In this document: positions 1-8,434 of the stretch, in pieces
Layout of the letters: the number at the start of each line of letters is the position of its first letter
How positions within the stretch are numbered: position 1 is the first letter of the stretch
DNA from: a virus
Lineage: Duplodnaviria; Caudoviricetes
Strand: one strand, 5' to 3'
Length of the DNA: 30,046 nt
IMG/VR virus record: IMGVR_UViG_3300037420_000267
Span: 1-30,046 of that record
The notes under the pieces: generated by a model
The model's database searches: none
The model's input: the letters and a program-made list of their open reading frames with translations, nothing else
What the model was told of the DNA's origin: nothing
Translations under genes and position numbers: made by a program

Positions 1-603
1 CCCAACGACGAGGGCGAAGGCGGCGAGGGCAACGAGCCCGGCGACGGCGAAGATCCCGAAGGCGCTGAGGCGCTGGGCGACGCCGGCAAGAAGGCGCTGC
101 GCGAGATGAAGCAGAAGTGGCGGGCCGAGCAGCGCCGCGCCCGCGAGCTCGAGCAGCGTCTCGCCCAGAAGGACGCTCCGAAGGAGGGCGAGCTCACCCC
201 GGAGCAGATCCGCGCCCAGGCGAAGGCCGAAGCCCGCGCCGAGCTCGCCGCGCCCACGTTCAAGACGGCAGCCAAGGCTGTCGCCCGCTCGCTGGGCTTC
301 AACGACCCGACCGACGCGCTCCATTTCGTCGCTGTCTCCGACTTCGAGCAGTCCGAAGACGGCTCGTTCGATGAGGAAGACATCGCCGACCGACTTAGCG
401 AGGTGCTTGAGCAGAAGCCGTACCTCGCGAAGACCCAGCCGGGCAATCCGGCGAAGACGCGGCTGCGCAAGGTAGCGGCGCCCCCTGCAAAGAACCCTCC
501 GAAGGAGCTGACGCTCGACCAGAAGATTGCCGACGCGCGAGCGAAGGGCGATTGGAAGCTCGAGATCTCTTTGCAGAACCAGAAGTTCGCACAGAACAAG
601 TAA
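1..603 (+). CDS. Capsid scaffolding protein (5'-truncated by window edge)
   Basis: Frame 1 is open from base 1 (PNDEGEGGEGNEPGDGEDPEGAEALGDAGKKALREMK...). Acidic N-terminus, coiled-coil and LGDAGKKAL motif are typical of actinophage scaffolds. Lies directly upstream of the capsid gene. Confidence 0.85.
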   Translation, partial: PNDEGEGGEGNEPGDGEDPEGAEALGDAGKKALREMKQKWRAEQRRARELEQRLAQKDAPKEGELTPEQIRAQAKAEARAELAAPTFKTAAKAVARSLGFNDPTDALHFVAVSDFEQSEDGSFDEEDIADRLSEVLEQKPYLAKTQPGNPAKTRLRKVAAPPAKNPPKELTLDQKIADARAKGDWKLEISLQNQKFAQNK

Positions 604-628
604 GCGGGCTTCTGCAACCCACCTCCAC

Positions 629-652
629 GGCCGCCTACGGGCGGCCTTTCTC
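629..652 (+). terminator. GC hairpin with UACG tetraloop and short U-tract between scaffold and capsid
   Basis: GGCCGCC-TACG-GGCGGCC followed by TTTCTC, just upstream of the capsid RBS (AAGGAG). Confidence 0.5.
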
Positions 653-670
653 ATGAAGGAGTAGCCGATC

Positions 671-1858
671 ATGGCTGGTTCGATTACCGGGCTGGGAACA
701 ACCTACAACCTGCCCAACTACACGGGTGTGCTTTACAAGCTCTCCCCGACCGCGACCCCGCTCTTCTCTGCCATCTCGGGCATGAACCAGGGCGGCGGCC
801 AGACGACTTCCACCGAGTTCGAGTGGGAGACGTACGACCTCCGCCAGCCCGGCCAGAACGTCGCGCTCGAAGGCGCGAACGCTCCGACGGCACAGAACCG
901 CGTCCGCGGCAACGTGACCAACATCTGCCAGATCCACCACGAGACGGTTGGAGTTTCGTACTCCAAGCTCGCGGCCTACGGGCAGAAGTCGGGCATCAAC
1001 AACGACCAGCAGAACCCCATCGTCAACGAGCTCGACTGGCAGGTCCAGACGATGCTCACGCAGATGGTGCGGGACATCAACTTCTCGTTCTGGAACGGCC
1101 ACTACAACAAGCCGTCCGACAACACGCAGGCACGCAAGACCAAGGGCCTCATCGACGCCATCCAGACCACGAAGCTCGAGGCGACTGGCTCGACCCTGCT
1201 CACGGGCGCCACGTCCGCGACGGACACCATCACCGTCGCGAACACCCTCGCGAACGGCGACAAGGTGGTCTTCTCCAACAACGGCGGCGCCGCCATCGTT
1301 GAGGGCAAGATCTACTACGTCGTGAGCGCGGCGGCCGGCTCGTTCAAGATTGCGGCCACCTCGGGCGGCGCGGCGATCACCGTCGGCACCGGCTCGAACA
1401 TCGTGGTCCGCAAGACCTCGGGCACGGCGCTGACCAAGGCCCAGGTGGACGCGCTCGCGCAGTCCGTGTGGGACAACGGCGGCATCGACAACGAGCTCAC
1501 CGCGGTCCTCGCGGTCAACTCGCAGCAGAAGGTTGCCATCTCCACGGCCTACGGCTCGCAGTTCCAGGAGAACAGCCGCACGCTCGGCGGCACGAACATC
1601 GACACGATCATCACGGACTTCGGCACGCTCGGCGTCCTCCGTGACCGTGCCGTGCCGCAGGACGCCATCGTGTGCGTCACGCTCGAGCAGCTCATGCCCG
1701 TGTGGCTCGAGACGCCGGGCAAGGGCCACCTCTTCGCCGAAGAGCTCGCCAAGACCGGCGCGTCGGACAACACGCAGCTCTACGGCGAGGTTGGCCTCAA
1801 GTTCGGTGCCGAGTCCGCGCACGGCATCCTCCGCGGTCTGAACCTGCCGAACGCCTGA
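671..1858 (+). CDS. Major capsid protein (SU10/DUF5309-like, HK97 fold) with an inserted beta-rich domain
   Basis: 395 aa with RBS AAGGAG. Motifs TPLFSAI, EFEWETYDL, ALEGANAP, N.CQI.HETVGVS and ELAKTGASDNTQLYGEVGLKFG. Position after the scaffold. Confidence 0.9.
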   Translation: MAGSITGLGTTYNLPNYTGVLYKLSPTATPLFSAISGMNQGGGQTTSTEFEWETYDLRQPGQNVALEGANAPTAQNRVRGNVTNICQIHHETVGVSYSKLAAYGQKSGINNDQQNPIVNELDWQVQTMLTQMVRDINFSFWNGHYNKPSDNTQARKTKGLIDAIQTTKLEATGSTLLTGATSATDTITVANTLANGDKVVFSNNGGAAIVEGKIYYVVSAAAGSFKIAATSGGAAITVGTGSNIVVRKTSGTALTKAQVDALAQSVWDNGGIDNELTAVLAVNSQQKVAISTAYGSQFQENSRTLGGTNIDTIITDFGTLGVLRDRAVPQDAIVCVTLEQLMPVWLETPGKGHLFAEELAKTGASDNTQLYGEVGLKFGAESAHGILRGLNLPNA

Positions 1859-1877
1859 GCCTAAAGGGAGGCCCGAC

Positions 1878-2447
1878 GTGGTGAATCCATTCGCAGTCCG
1901 GGCCGACCTCGAGCTCGCGCTGAAGCGCACGTTCGATCCTGCCGATGAGGCGTGGGCGGACGACTTGCTGGAGCAGGCTTCGGACCATCTCCGGTCCGAA
2001 GTCCTGCACTGGCAGGTCTACCCGCCCGTCGCCGCGAGCTATGACACGTGGCTGCGCTGTGGGACGTTCTACCGTCTCCCAGTGCAGCCCGCGTCGCTCG
2101 TGGGCGTCACCTGGCAGGACACGGGGCTCGCCGCCGAGACGCAAGCGTACGACGGCGGCTTCAAGGTGTGCGGGCGCGACGGCATCGCCACCGTGAGCAT
2201 CACGGGAGGCTACGCCGCCGCGCCGAAGGCGCTGCGCTCGTGGACGATCACTCTCGCCGCCCAGGTCATCCAAAACATCGAGAAGCTGAAGGTGCTCACA
2301 ACCGACGCGTACAGCTCGGTTGGCATTGACGACTTCAAGATGGTCTGGAACCAGAACGGCAGCGCAGGGTGGGGAATCCCCGAACGCGCGGCCGAAGCGC
2401 TTCGAGACGAGTTCGGCACCTCCGTGTTCCTGACGGGACGTGGCTGA
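1878..2447 (+). CDS. Head-to-tail adaptor
   Basis: N-terminal PFA...DL.....R......A..LLEQASD.LR motif typical of gp15/gp6-like adaptors. RBS GGGAGG. Synteny. Confidence 0.75.
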   Translation: MVNPFAVRADLELALKRTFDPADEAWADDLLEQASDHLRSEVLHWQVYPPVAASYDTWLRCGTFYRLPVQPASLVGVTWQDTGLAAETQAYDGGFKVCGRDGIATVSITGGYAAAPKALRSWTITLAAQVIQNIEKLKVLTTDAYSSVGIDDFKMVWNQNGSAGWGIPERAAEALRDEFGTSVFLTGRG

Positions 2448-2868
2448 CATGGTGGACATCCAAGCGTTCCTGGGCATGGGCCGCGACTGGGCGGCGCTGA
2501 CACAGAACGACACGGCGAAGATCACGGCGCCAGGCGCGCGGACGTGGGACGAGGCGACCCTGTCCTACACGGGCACGCCTGTCACGGTCTACCAGGGCCA
2601 ATGCGAGCTCAAGGTCCAGTACCGCAACCCGAACGCCGCGTACGTTCCGGGGCAGGCCGAGTCGAGCCAGATGGGCCACCTGAAGCTGCCTGTCGAGACG
2701 CCGGCGGATGCCATCGGCTCGAGTGCGGCAGTGGACGACGGCATGGACCTCGAGGTGATTGCGTCGGCGACCGATCCGGGGCTCGTGGGCAAGAAGTTCA
2801 AGATCCGCGGCCAGGGCAACCAGTCGAACGTCACCACGCTCAGATTCGTGCTGGAGCGGTTCGCATGA
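2440..2868 (+). CDS. Head-to-tail stopper (DUF6093-like)
   Basis: WDEATLSY...VYQGQC and DPGLVGKKFKI motifs. Overlaps the upstream stop. Synteny. Confidence 0.7.
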   Translation: MADMVDIQAFLGMGRDWAALTQNDTAKITAPGARTWDEATLSYTGTPVTVYQGQCELKVQYRNPNAAYVPGQAESSQMGHLKLPVETPADAIGSSAAVDDGMDLEVIASATDPGLVGKKFKIRGQGNQSNVTTLRFVLERFA

Positions 2869-3269
2869 TCGAGATACAGGTCAATGGGCTCAGGGAGCTC
2901 GACGCGTACCTCTCGGCGCTCTACGGCGACTTGAGGGACAACCTCCGTGCCGCCGTGGAAGTCTCGGCAAAGAACGTGAAGGACGACGCGCGCAAGCGGC
3001 TCAAGCCAATCTCGACGCGCGGCAAGTCTCACATCCCGTTCCTGCCGACGGCGATCAAGTACACGTGGCTTCGCGGGCCGCGCAGCACGGTTGAAGCGTC
3101 CGTGCACGCGACCGGCCGGCAAGCGCGCCTCATCGGCGTGATCGAGCATGGCTCGCCCACGTCTGGCCCGCATCCGGCGCTCGGACCGGCCGGCAGAGCC
3201 GAGTGGGACGGCTTCCGGGAAGGCGTCCGGAAGGCGCTTCGCGACGCGATAGGGGGAGGACATGGCTGA
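2865..3269 (+). CDS. HK97 gp10-like neck/tail-completion protein
   Basis: Likely start is ATG 2865 (ATGA overlap with the upstream stop). MIEIQVNGLREL..., IEHGSPTSGPHPALGPA motif. Confidence 0.75.
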   Translation: MIEIQVNGLRELDAYLSALYGDLRDNLRAAVEVSAKNVKDDARKRLKPISTRGKSHIPFLPTAIKYTWLRGPRSTVEASVHATGRQARLIGVIEHGSPTSGPHPALGPAGRAEWDGFREGVRKALRDAIGGGHG

Positions 3270-3699
3270 CCCGATCCGCGACCATCCTGCCGCCGTCATC
3301 GCACGGCTCCGCTCGCACGCACTACTGGCGGACAGCGTGATCGACGGAGACAACCGCTCGGCGGACCCCAACACGCCGCCACGGCCGGCGCCGTACGTCG
3401 TCGTGTACGCGAACACCGGCATCGACCAGTTCGACCGCCAATCGTGCGAGATTCCGACCCGCATGCACTTCATCTTCCAGATCCAGTGTGTCGGGGAAGA
3501 CGCGAACCAGGCGCGAGCGTTCGCCGGGCTCGTGTGGGGTCTGCTCGCCGGCTGGCGGCCGACAGTGGCGGGCTGGAGCCCGCAGGCGCTCAAGCGCGAC
3601 GCCAACACGCCTTTCTTCGACGTGCACGACAAGGACTTCTCCCCGGAGTTCATTTACACGACCGACCGGTACGACCTCATCACGACGCGTGCCGCTTAG
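3262..3699 (+). CDS. Tail terminator protein
   Basis: RBS GGGGAGG. PAPYVVVY and QIQCVG....A.......L.GWRP motifs. Synteny. Confidence 0.7.
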   Translation: MADPIRDHPAAVIARLRSHALLADSVIDGDNRSADPNTPPRPAPYVVVYANTGIDQFDRQSCEIPTRMHFIFQIQCVGEDANQARAFAGLVWGLLAGWRPTVAGWSPQALKRDANTPFFDVHDKDFSPEFIYTTDRYDLITTRAA

Positions 3700-3709
3700 G
3701 AGGAATGTC

Positions 3710-3904
3710 ATGGCTCTGCGTGGCCGCGACAACTACACAGGCGCCATCCGCGACGACATCCCCGAAGAGTGGGTGGAGCGATGGCCCGACGACTACACGA
3801 TTCTCGCCGCCGGCGAGGAAGCGGACCCCGCCACGGCGCCCGCCGTGACGGCCGATCAGTCGGCGTCTGCCGACGACGTGAAGGAGCAGGCAGATGGCAA
3901 CTGA
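3710..3904 (+). CDS. Small acidic hypothetical virion-module protein (64 aa)
   Basis: RBS AGGAGG then ATG 3710 (MALRGRDNYTGAIRDDIPEEWVERWPDDY...). Fills the gap and overlaps the major tail start. Confidence 0.7.
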   Translation: MALRGRDNYTGAIRDDIPEEWVERWPDDYTILAAGEEADPATAPAVTADQSASADDVKEQADGN

Positions 3905-4391
3905 GAACATCCCGCTTTCCGTAAACACCGACGGCAACCTGACCGTCTGGTGGGTGCCCAACATCGCATCCGACCCGACTTCGGCGGCCGTCGTCAACGC
4001 CGGCACGTCCAAGGTCATCACCTACTCGCTGACCGGCGACGGGTGGAACCACACCACCGATGAGGCGATCATCGAAGACGACCGGCTCGCGCTGAAGCAG
4101 GCGCTCCAGGAGCTCGGCATCGTCACCGACACGGTGGAGCTCAAGTACGTCTTCGGCGACGCCGCAGACGTTGCGTACCCGGCGCTCACTGCCGGCTCGA
4201 CGGGCTGGCTCGTCGTCCGCTACGCGGTTGCGAACAGCACCACGCTTGTCGTCGGCGACAAGATCGACTGCATTCCGGTCAAGCTCGGCGTCCAGCGCAA
4301 AACGGCGCCAGCGAAGAACAGCGTCTTCACGATCCAGCAGAAGGCTGTCGTGAAGGGCACCGTGAAGCGCAGCGTCGCCGCTATCGCGTGA
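3894..4391 (+). CDS. Major tail protein
   Basis: 165 aa with RBS AAGGAG. DGNLTVWWVPNIA, ITYSLT.DGW, D.RL and G.LVVR...GDKID motifs of actinophage tail tube proteins. Strongly biased codon usage. Confidence 0.85.
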   Translation: MATENIPLSVNTDGNLTVWWVPNIASDPTSAAVVNAGTSKVITYSLTGDGWNHTTDEAIIEDDRLALKQALQELGIVTDTVELKYVFGDAADVAYPALTAGSTGWLVVRYAVANSTTLVVGDKIDCIPVKLGVQRKTAPAKNSVFTIQQKAVVKGTVKRSVAAIA

Positions 4392-4397
4392 CAATCT

Positions 4398-4443
4398 CCC
4401 GCTGGCCGCCCACCGTCCGGGGCGGCCAGCGGGGCTCTTCTCT
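4398..4443 (+). terminator. 14-bp perfect hairpin after the major tail gene (terminator/attenuator)
   Basis: CCCGCTGGCCGCCC-N8-GGGCGGCCAGCGGG followed by the pyrimidine run CTCTTCTCT. Confidence 0.65.
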
Positions 4444-4476
4444 GACGCGGGCGGATCGGACGGAAGGAGAGCCCCC

Positions 4477-5010
4477 GTGGGGAAGCTCAAGGACAAGACC
4501 AGCAAAGCTACGTTCCGTCACCGCGACGTTGACGTGGTGCTCGACCGTGAAGCCCTCGGGCTCCGCGACGACCTCGCAGAGGCGATCCGCGGCACGTTCA
4601 ACCCGACGGCGGAAAACGACTCCCGACTCGGGCTCAAGCCTGAAACCGCGAAAGAGCAGGAGGCGATGCTCGATGAGCTCGAGCGCCGTGCCAACGACTC
4701 TCTCGTGACGCTCCGCATCTACCAGCTCCCGCAGCACGTGTGGAACAAGCTCGTCGCCGAGAACCCGCCGCGGGAGGGCAACAAGCCCGACCAGCTCCGC
4801 GGCTACCACGTGGAGCACATCACGCGTTTCGCGACTGAGGGCGGCGCCAAGCTGCTCGAGGACGGCGAAGAGGAAACCATCGACGCCGCAGACTGGGCCG
4901 ACTTCTGGCCCAAGCTCGACGGCGGCCAGTTCGACCGCATCACCGAAGCCATCGTCCTGCTCAACGAGACTTCCGGCTGGGCGGGGACGTTCGGTCTGAA
5001 AAAAGGCTGA
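4477..5010 (+). CDS. Tail assembly chaperone (gpG-like)
   Basis: Between major tail and tape measure. W..L.AENPPR motif. Ends CTG AAA AAA GGC TGA. Confidence 0.85.
   Translation: MGKLKDKTSKATFRHRDVDVVLDREALGLRDDLAEAIRGTFNPTAENDSRLGLKPETAKEQEAMLDELERRANDSLVTLRIYQLPQHVWNKLVAENPPREGNKPDQLRGYHVEHITRFATEGGAKLLEDGEEETIDAADWADFWPKLDGGQFDRITEAIVLLNETSGWAGTFGLKKG
4998..5005 (+). other. Programmed -1 ribosomal frameshift site (GAAAAAAG)
   Basis: A -1 slip just before the stop enters an open frame (RLRDAPGLRADIRAARALGVSPRRLWGWEP...) continuous with ORF 5055..5447. Confidence 0.8.
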
Positions 5011-5447
5011 GGGACGCGCCAGGGCTGCGCGCTGACATCCGCGCGGCGCGCGCCTTGGGCGTGTCCCCACGCCGCCTCTGGGGCTGGGAGCCCACCGAGA
5101 CGACGACGTACGAGTACGACGACGCCGGCCGGCTCATCAGCTCCACCACGGAGCGCGAACCGGAGTTCGATGAGACTGACATCGCGTTTCTCCGCGCACT
5201 GGACGAGCTCGAGCAGGACACCGGCCGATACGGCGAGCTCATCTCCGAAGCGCTCTCGCCGGACTCTGACCCGAACAACCGCGACGCCGCGTACCACTAC
5301 GTCGTGGAGAACGAGCCATACATGAACTTCGCCGCACTCGCCGTCGCCCAAGCGCAGAACGGCTACTACAAGCGGTTCCCCGACGTGTCTGAGGCGGAAA
5401 AGGCCGGGCACGTGTGGGTGACGCGGCGGGTGCCAAACAAGTCCTAG
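5004..5447 (+). CDS. Tail assembly chaperone, frameshifted C-terminal extension (gpGT-like; join 4477..5004,5004..5447)
   Basis: The -1 frame is open from the slippery site to 5447 with no convincing RBS of its own. GWEP...Y...GRL....EPEFD motif. Confidence 0.8.
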   Translation, partial: RLRDAPGLRADIRAARALGVSPRRLWGWEPTETTTYEYDDAGRLISSTTEREPEFDETDIAFLRALDELEQDTGRYGELISEALSPDSDPNNRDAAYHYVVENEPYMNFAALAVAQAQNGYYKRFPDVSEAEKAGHVWVTRRVPNKS

Positions 5448-5457
5448 GAGAGCCGCT

Positions 5458-8433
5458 GTGGCCCAAGAGGAAACCCTCGAAGTACGAATCAGAGCGATCC
5501 TCGACGGCGTAGACCAGCAGCTCAACGCTGTCCGGCGGGGCATCAACGGCCTTGGGCAGGAAGCTGAAGCGACGGGCGGCCGCATGGATGGCGCCGCCCG
5601 TCGCATGCAGTATTTCAACCAGGCCGCGAAGGATATGGGGCGGGGCATGCTCATCGCCGGCGGCGCCATCGCCGGCGCCATCGGGCTCGCGATCAAGGAA
5701 TGGACGGAGTTCTCGGGGAACCTCGCGGAGTTCCAGTCCGTCACCGGTGCGCAGAAGACCGAGCTCGACGCGCTCGGCAAGAAGTCGATGGACCTCGCAG
5801 AGCAGTTCGGCATGTCCGCCACCGACATCGTGGGCGCCAGCACGGCGCTCGCGAAGGCCGGCGTCACAACCGCTGACATCCTCAACGGTGCACTCGCCGG
5901 CGCACTCGAGCTCGCCGCGGCGGACGGCATGAGCCTCGCGGACGCTGCCGACATCGCCTCCGTGGCGATGACCCAGTTCGGCAAATCCGGCGCGGATGTT
6001 CCGCACATCGCCGATCTGCTCGCATCCGGCGCCGCGGATGCCGTGGGCTCCGTGCACGACCTCGGGCTCGGCCTCAAGCAGTCCGGGCTCGTCGCCAACC
6101 AGTTCGGCATCAGCATCGAAGAGACGGTGGGCACGCTGTCCGCGTTCGCCGCGGCCGGCCTCATCGGCTCCGACGCCGGCACGTCGTTCAAGCAGATGCT
6201 TCTCCAAGTCGCCACGCCGTCGCACATCGCACAGCAGAAGATGGATGAGCTCGGCATCTCGCTCTACGACGCAAAGGGCAACTTCATCGGCCTCTCTGGG
6301 ATGGCCGGTGTCCTCCAGGACAAGTTGGGCGGGCTCGACCAGAAGTCCCGCACCGCGGCGCTCGGCATCATCTTCGGCACCGACGCGATCCGGTCCGCGA
6401 CCGTGCTGTACCAGCTCGGCGCGAAGGGCGTCGATGAGTGGACGCAGAAGGTCAACGTGGCCGGCTCCGCGCAGCAGATGGCAGCAAAGCGCCTCGACTC
6501 CCTAAGCGGCGACCTCAACAAGCTCAAGGCAACGTTCCAGAACAGCCTGATCCAGATGGGGGAGCAGAGCGATTCGTTCGTTCGGCCGCTCGTGCAGGGC
6601 CTCACATCGGTTCTGAGACAGTTCAATTCCCTCGATGAGGGGACTAAGGGCAGTCTCCTTCAGCTCGCCGGCCTCACGTCAGGGGCACTCTTACTCGGCG
6701 GAGCTTTCTTCACCATCACGCCGAAGGTCTTTGACACCATCCAGGCGTTCAAGACAATGTCCCAGGCAAGCCCGAACCTCGTCACCGCGCTCGGGCGTAT
6801 CGGGCTGGCGGCGGGCGTCGCCGCCGGAGCCATCGCCGGGCTCCGCATCATCAACACGGTCTTCACTCAGAAGTCGGTCACATCTGTCGAAGACATGGCA
6901 AACGCCATGATGAAGTTCAGCCAGACGGGTGCGTACAACGACCTCAACGGCTTGTTCACGAGTTGGGACTCGGCATTCGGCGACCGCGGCCCCGGATCGC
7001 GGATCAAAGACCTTGCAAGCGCCGTGCACGCGATCATCGACCCCGCGCTTCCCGAATGGATGCAGAACGTGGCCGACGGGCTGAACAGCATGACGGGCAG
7101 CGCCAAGTCGGACCTCGGACAGGTCAAGGACCGATTCTCGCAAATCGGCCAGACGATGGGGAGCATGGTTGCCTCGGGCGACCTAAAGACGGCGCAGAAC
7201 ACATTCCGCGCCATCGCCCAGGAGTTCGAGCGGCAGGGGAAGGGCGCAAGCGACGCTCTCCAGTATGTTCCGGCCTACTCGGATGCGCTCCTGAAGGTAG
7301 CGCACGACGCGGGCGTGGTCCTCCAGCCACAGGATCTACTGAACTTCGCACTCGGCAAGATGCCGGCCGGCCTCGCGGCGGCGCAGATGGCCCAGGGTGG
7401 CGCGACGGAAGCTCAGAAGGCAGCCGTACAGGCAACCCAAGACCAGCTCAAGGCGCTGCAAGACCTCGGGCTCGGGATCCTCGGCGATGTCGAAGACCTC
7501 GACAAGTTCACGCAGGGGCTCCTGAAGGCGTCGGGCCAGCACCTCTCGACCCGCGACACCGCCCGGCAGCTTGAGCAGGCGATGGACGACGTAACGAAGT
7601 CCATCACCGAGAACGGCACAACGCTCGACATCCACACCGAGAAGGGCCGGAACAACCAGGCTGCGCTGGACGGCATCGCGAAGGCGGGCTTCGAGCACGT
7701 GCAGGCGATGGCGTCGGAGCGCGACGAGATGGGCAAGAACGTCTACTCGCAGGAGCAGGTCACGGGCGCTCTCCAGGAGACGCATGACAAGCTCATCGCC
7801 GCGGCCGCCAAGTTCGGCATCACCGGCAAGGCGGCTGAGGATCTTGCACGGGACATCATGAACGTCCCGCCCGGCGTGGACATCAACTCGTGGATGTCGG
7901 ACTACGCGAAGAAGATGGCCGAGCAGACCCAGGGCGCCATCAACAACATCCAGAAGCAAGTCGATGTCACGGTCACCACGTACCGGCAGGACGTGATCCT
8001 CGCGACCCGCCAGTCCGGCGACACCGCGACCGCGAACGCGATGCAGACCGCGAACGACTACGCCAACGGGAACATGTACCGGAAGGCATCCGGTGGCGCC
8101 GTCTACGGGCCGGGGCCGAAGGGCATCGACTCGGTGCCTCACTTGCTGGCGCCCGGCGAGCACGTCCTCAGCGATAAGGACGTGGACGCTCTTGGCGGCC
8201 AGCAGGCGGTCTACGCGCTGCGAGCCGCGATCCGCTCGGGCGCCTCGCGCGCTGAGGTGACGAACATGGCTGTCTCGAGCTCGGCGGCATCGAAGAGCGC
8301 CGGCGGCCCGTCCACCTTCCAAGGGAAGCTCTACCTCGATTCGGGCGAGTTCATTGGGTACGTGAAGGGCGTGGCGGAAGCCGTCGTGGAAGAGGCCGAC
8401 CGGGACTTCTCCCGGCGGCGGATTGGAGTTTGA
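5458..8433 (+). CDS. Tape measure protein (TP901-family core)
   Basis: 991 aa, Ala/Gly-rich helical. GSDAGTSFKQML and IFGTDAIR motifs; C-terminal ASGGAVYGPG...DSVP..LAPGEHV. Confidence 0.95.
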   Translation: MAQEETLEVRIRAILDGVDQQLNAVRRGINGLGQEAEATGGRMDGAARRMQYFNQAAKDMGRGMLIAGGAIAGAIGLAIKEWTEFSGNLAEFQSVTGAQKTELDALGKKSMDLAEQFGMSATDIVGASTALAKAGVTTADILNGALAGALELAAADGMSLADAADIASVAMTQFGKSGADVPHIADLLASGAADAVGSVHDLGLGLKQSGLVANQFGISIEETVGTLSAFAAAGLIGSDAGTSFKQMLLQVATPSHIAQQKMDELGISLYDAKGNFIGLSGMAGVLQDKLGGLDQKSRTAALGIIFGTDAIRSATVLYQLGAKGVDEWTQKVNVAGSAQQMAAKRLDSLSGDLNKLKATFQNSLIQMGEQSDSFVRPLVQGLTSVLRQFNSLDEGTKGSLLQLAGLTSGALLLGGAFFTITPKVFDTIQAFKTMSQASPNLVTALGRIGLAAGVAAGAIAGLRIINTVFTQKSVTSVEDMANAMMKFSQTGAYNDLNGLFTSWDSAFGDRGPGSRIKDLASAVHAIIDPALPEWMQNVADGLNSMTGSAKSDLGQVKDRFSQIGQTMGSMVASGDLKTAQNTFRAIAQEFERQGKGASDALQYVPAYSDALLKVAHDAGVVLQPQDLLNFALGKMPAGLAAAQMAQGGATEAQKAAVQATQDQLKALQDLGLGILGDVEDLDKFTQGLLKASGQHLSTRDTARQLEQAMDDVTKSITENGTTLDIHTEKGRNNQAALDGIAKAGFEHVQAMASERDEMGKNVYSQEQVTGALQETHDKLIAAAAKFGITGKAAEDLARDIMNVPPGVDINSWMSDYAKKMAEQTQGAINNIQKQVDVTVTTYRQDVILATRQSGDTATANAMQTANDYANGNMYRKASGGAVYGPGPKGIDSVPHLLAPGEHVLSDKDVDALGGQQAVYALRAAIRSGASRAEVTNMAVSSSAASKSAGGPSTFQGKLYLDSGEFIGYVKGVAEAVVEEADRDFSRRRIGV

Positions 8434-8434
8434 C

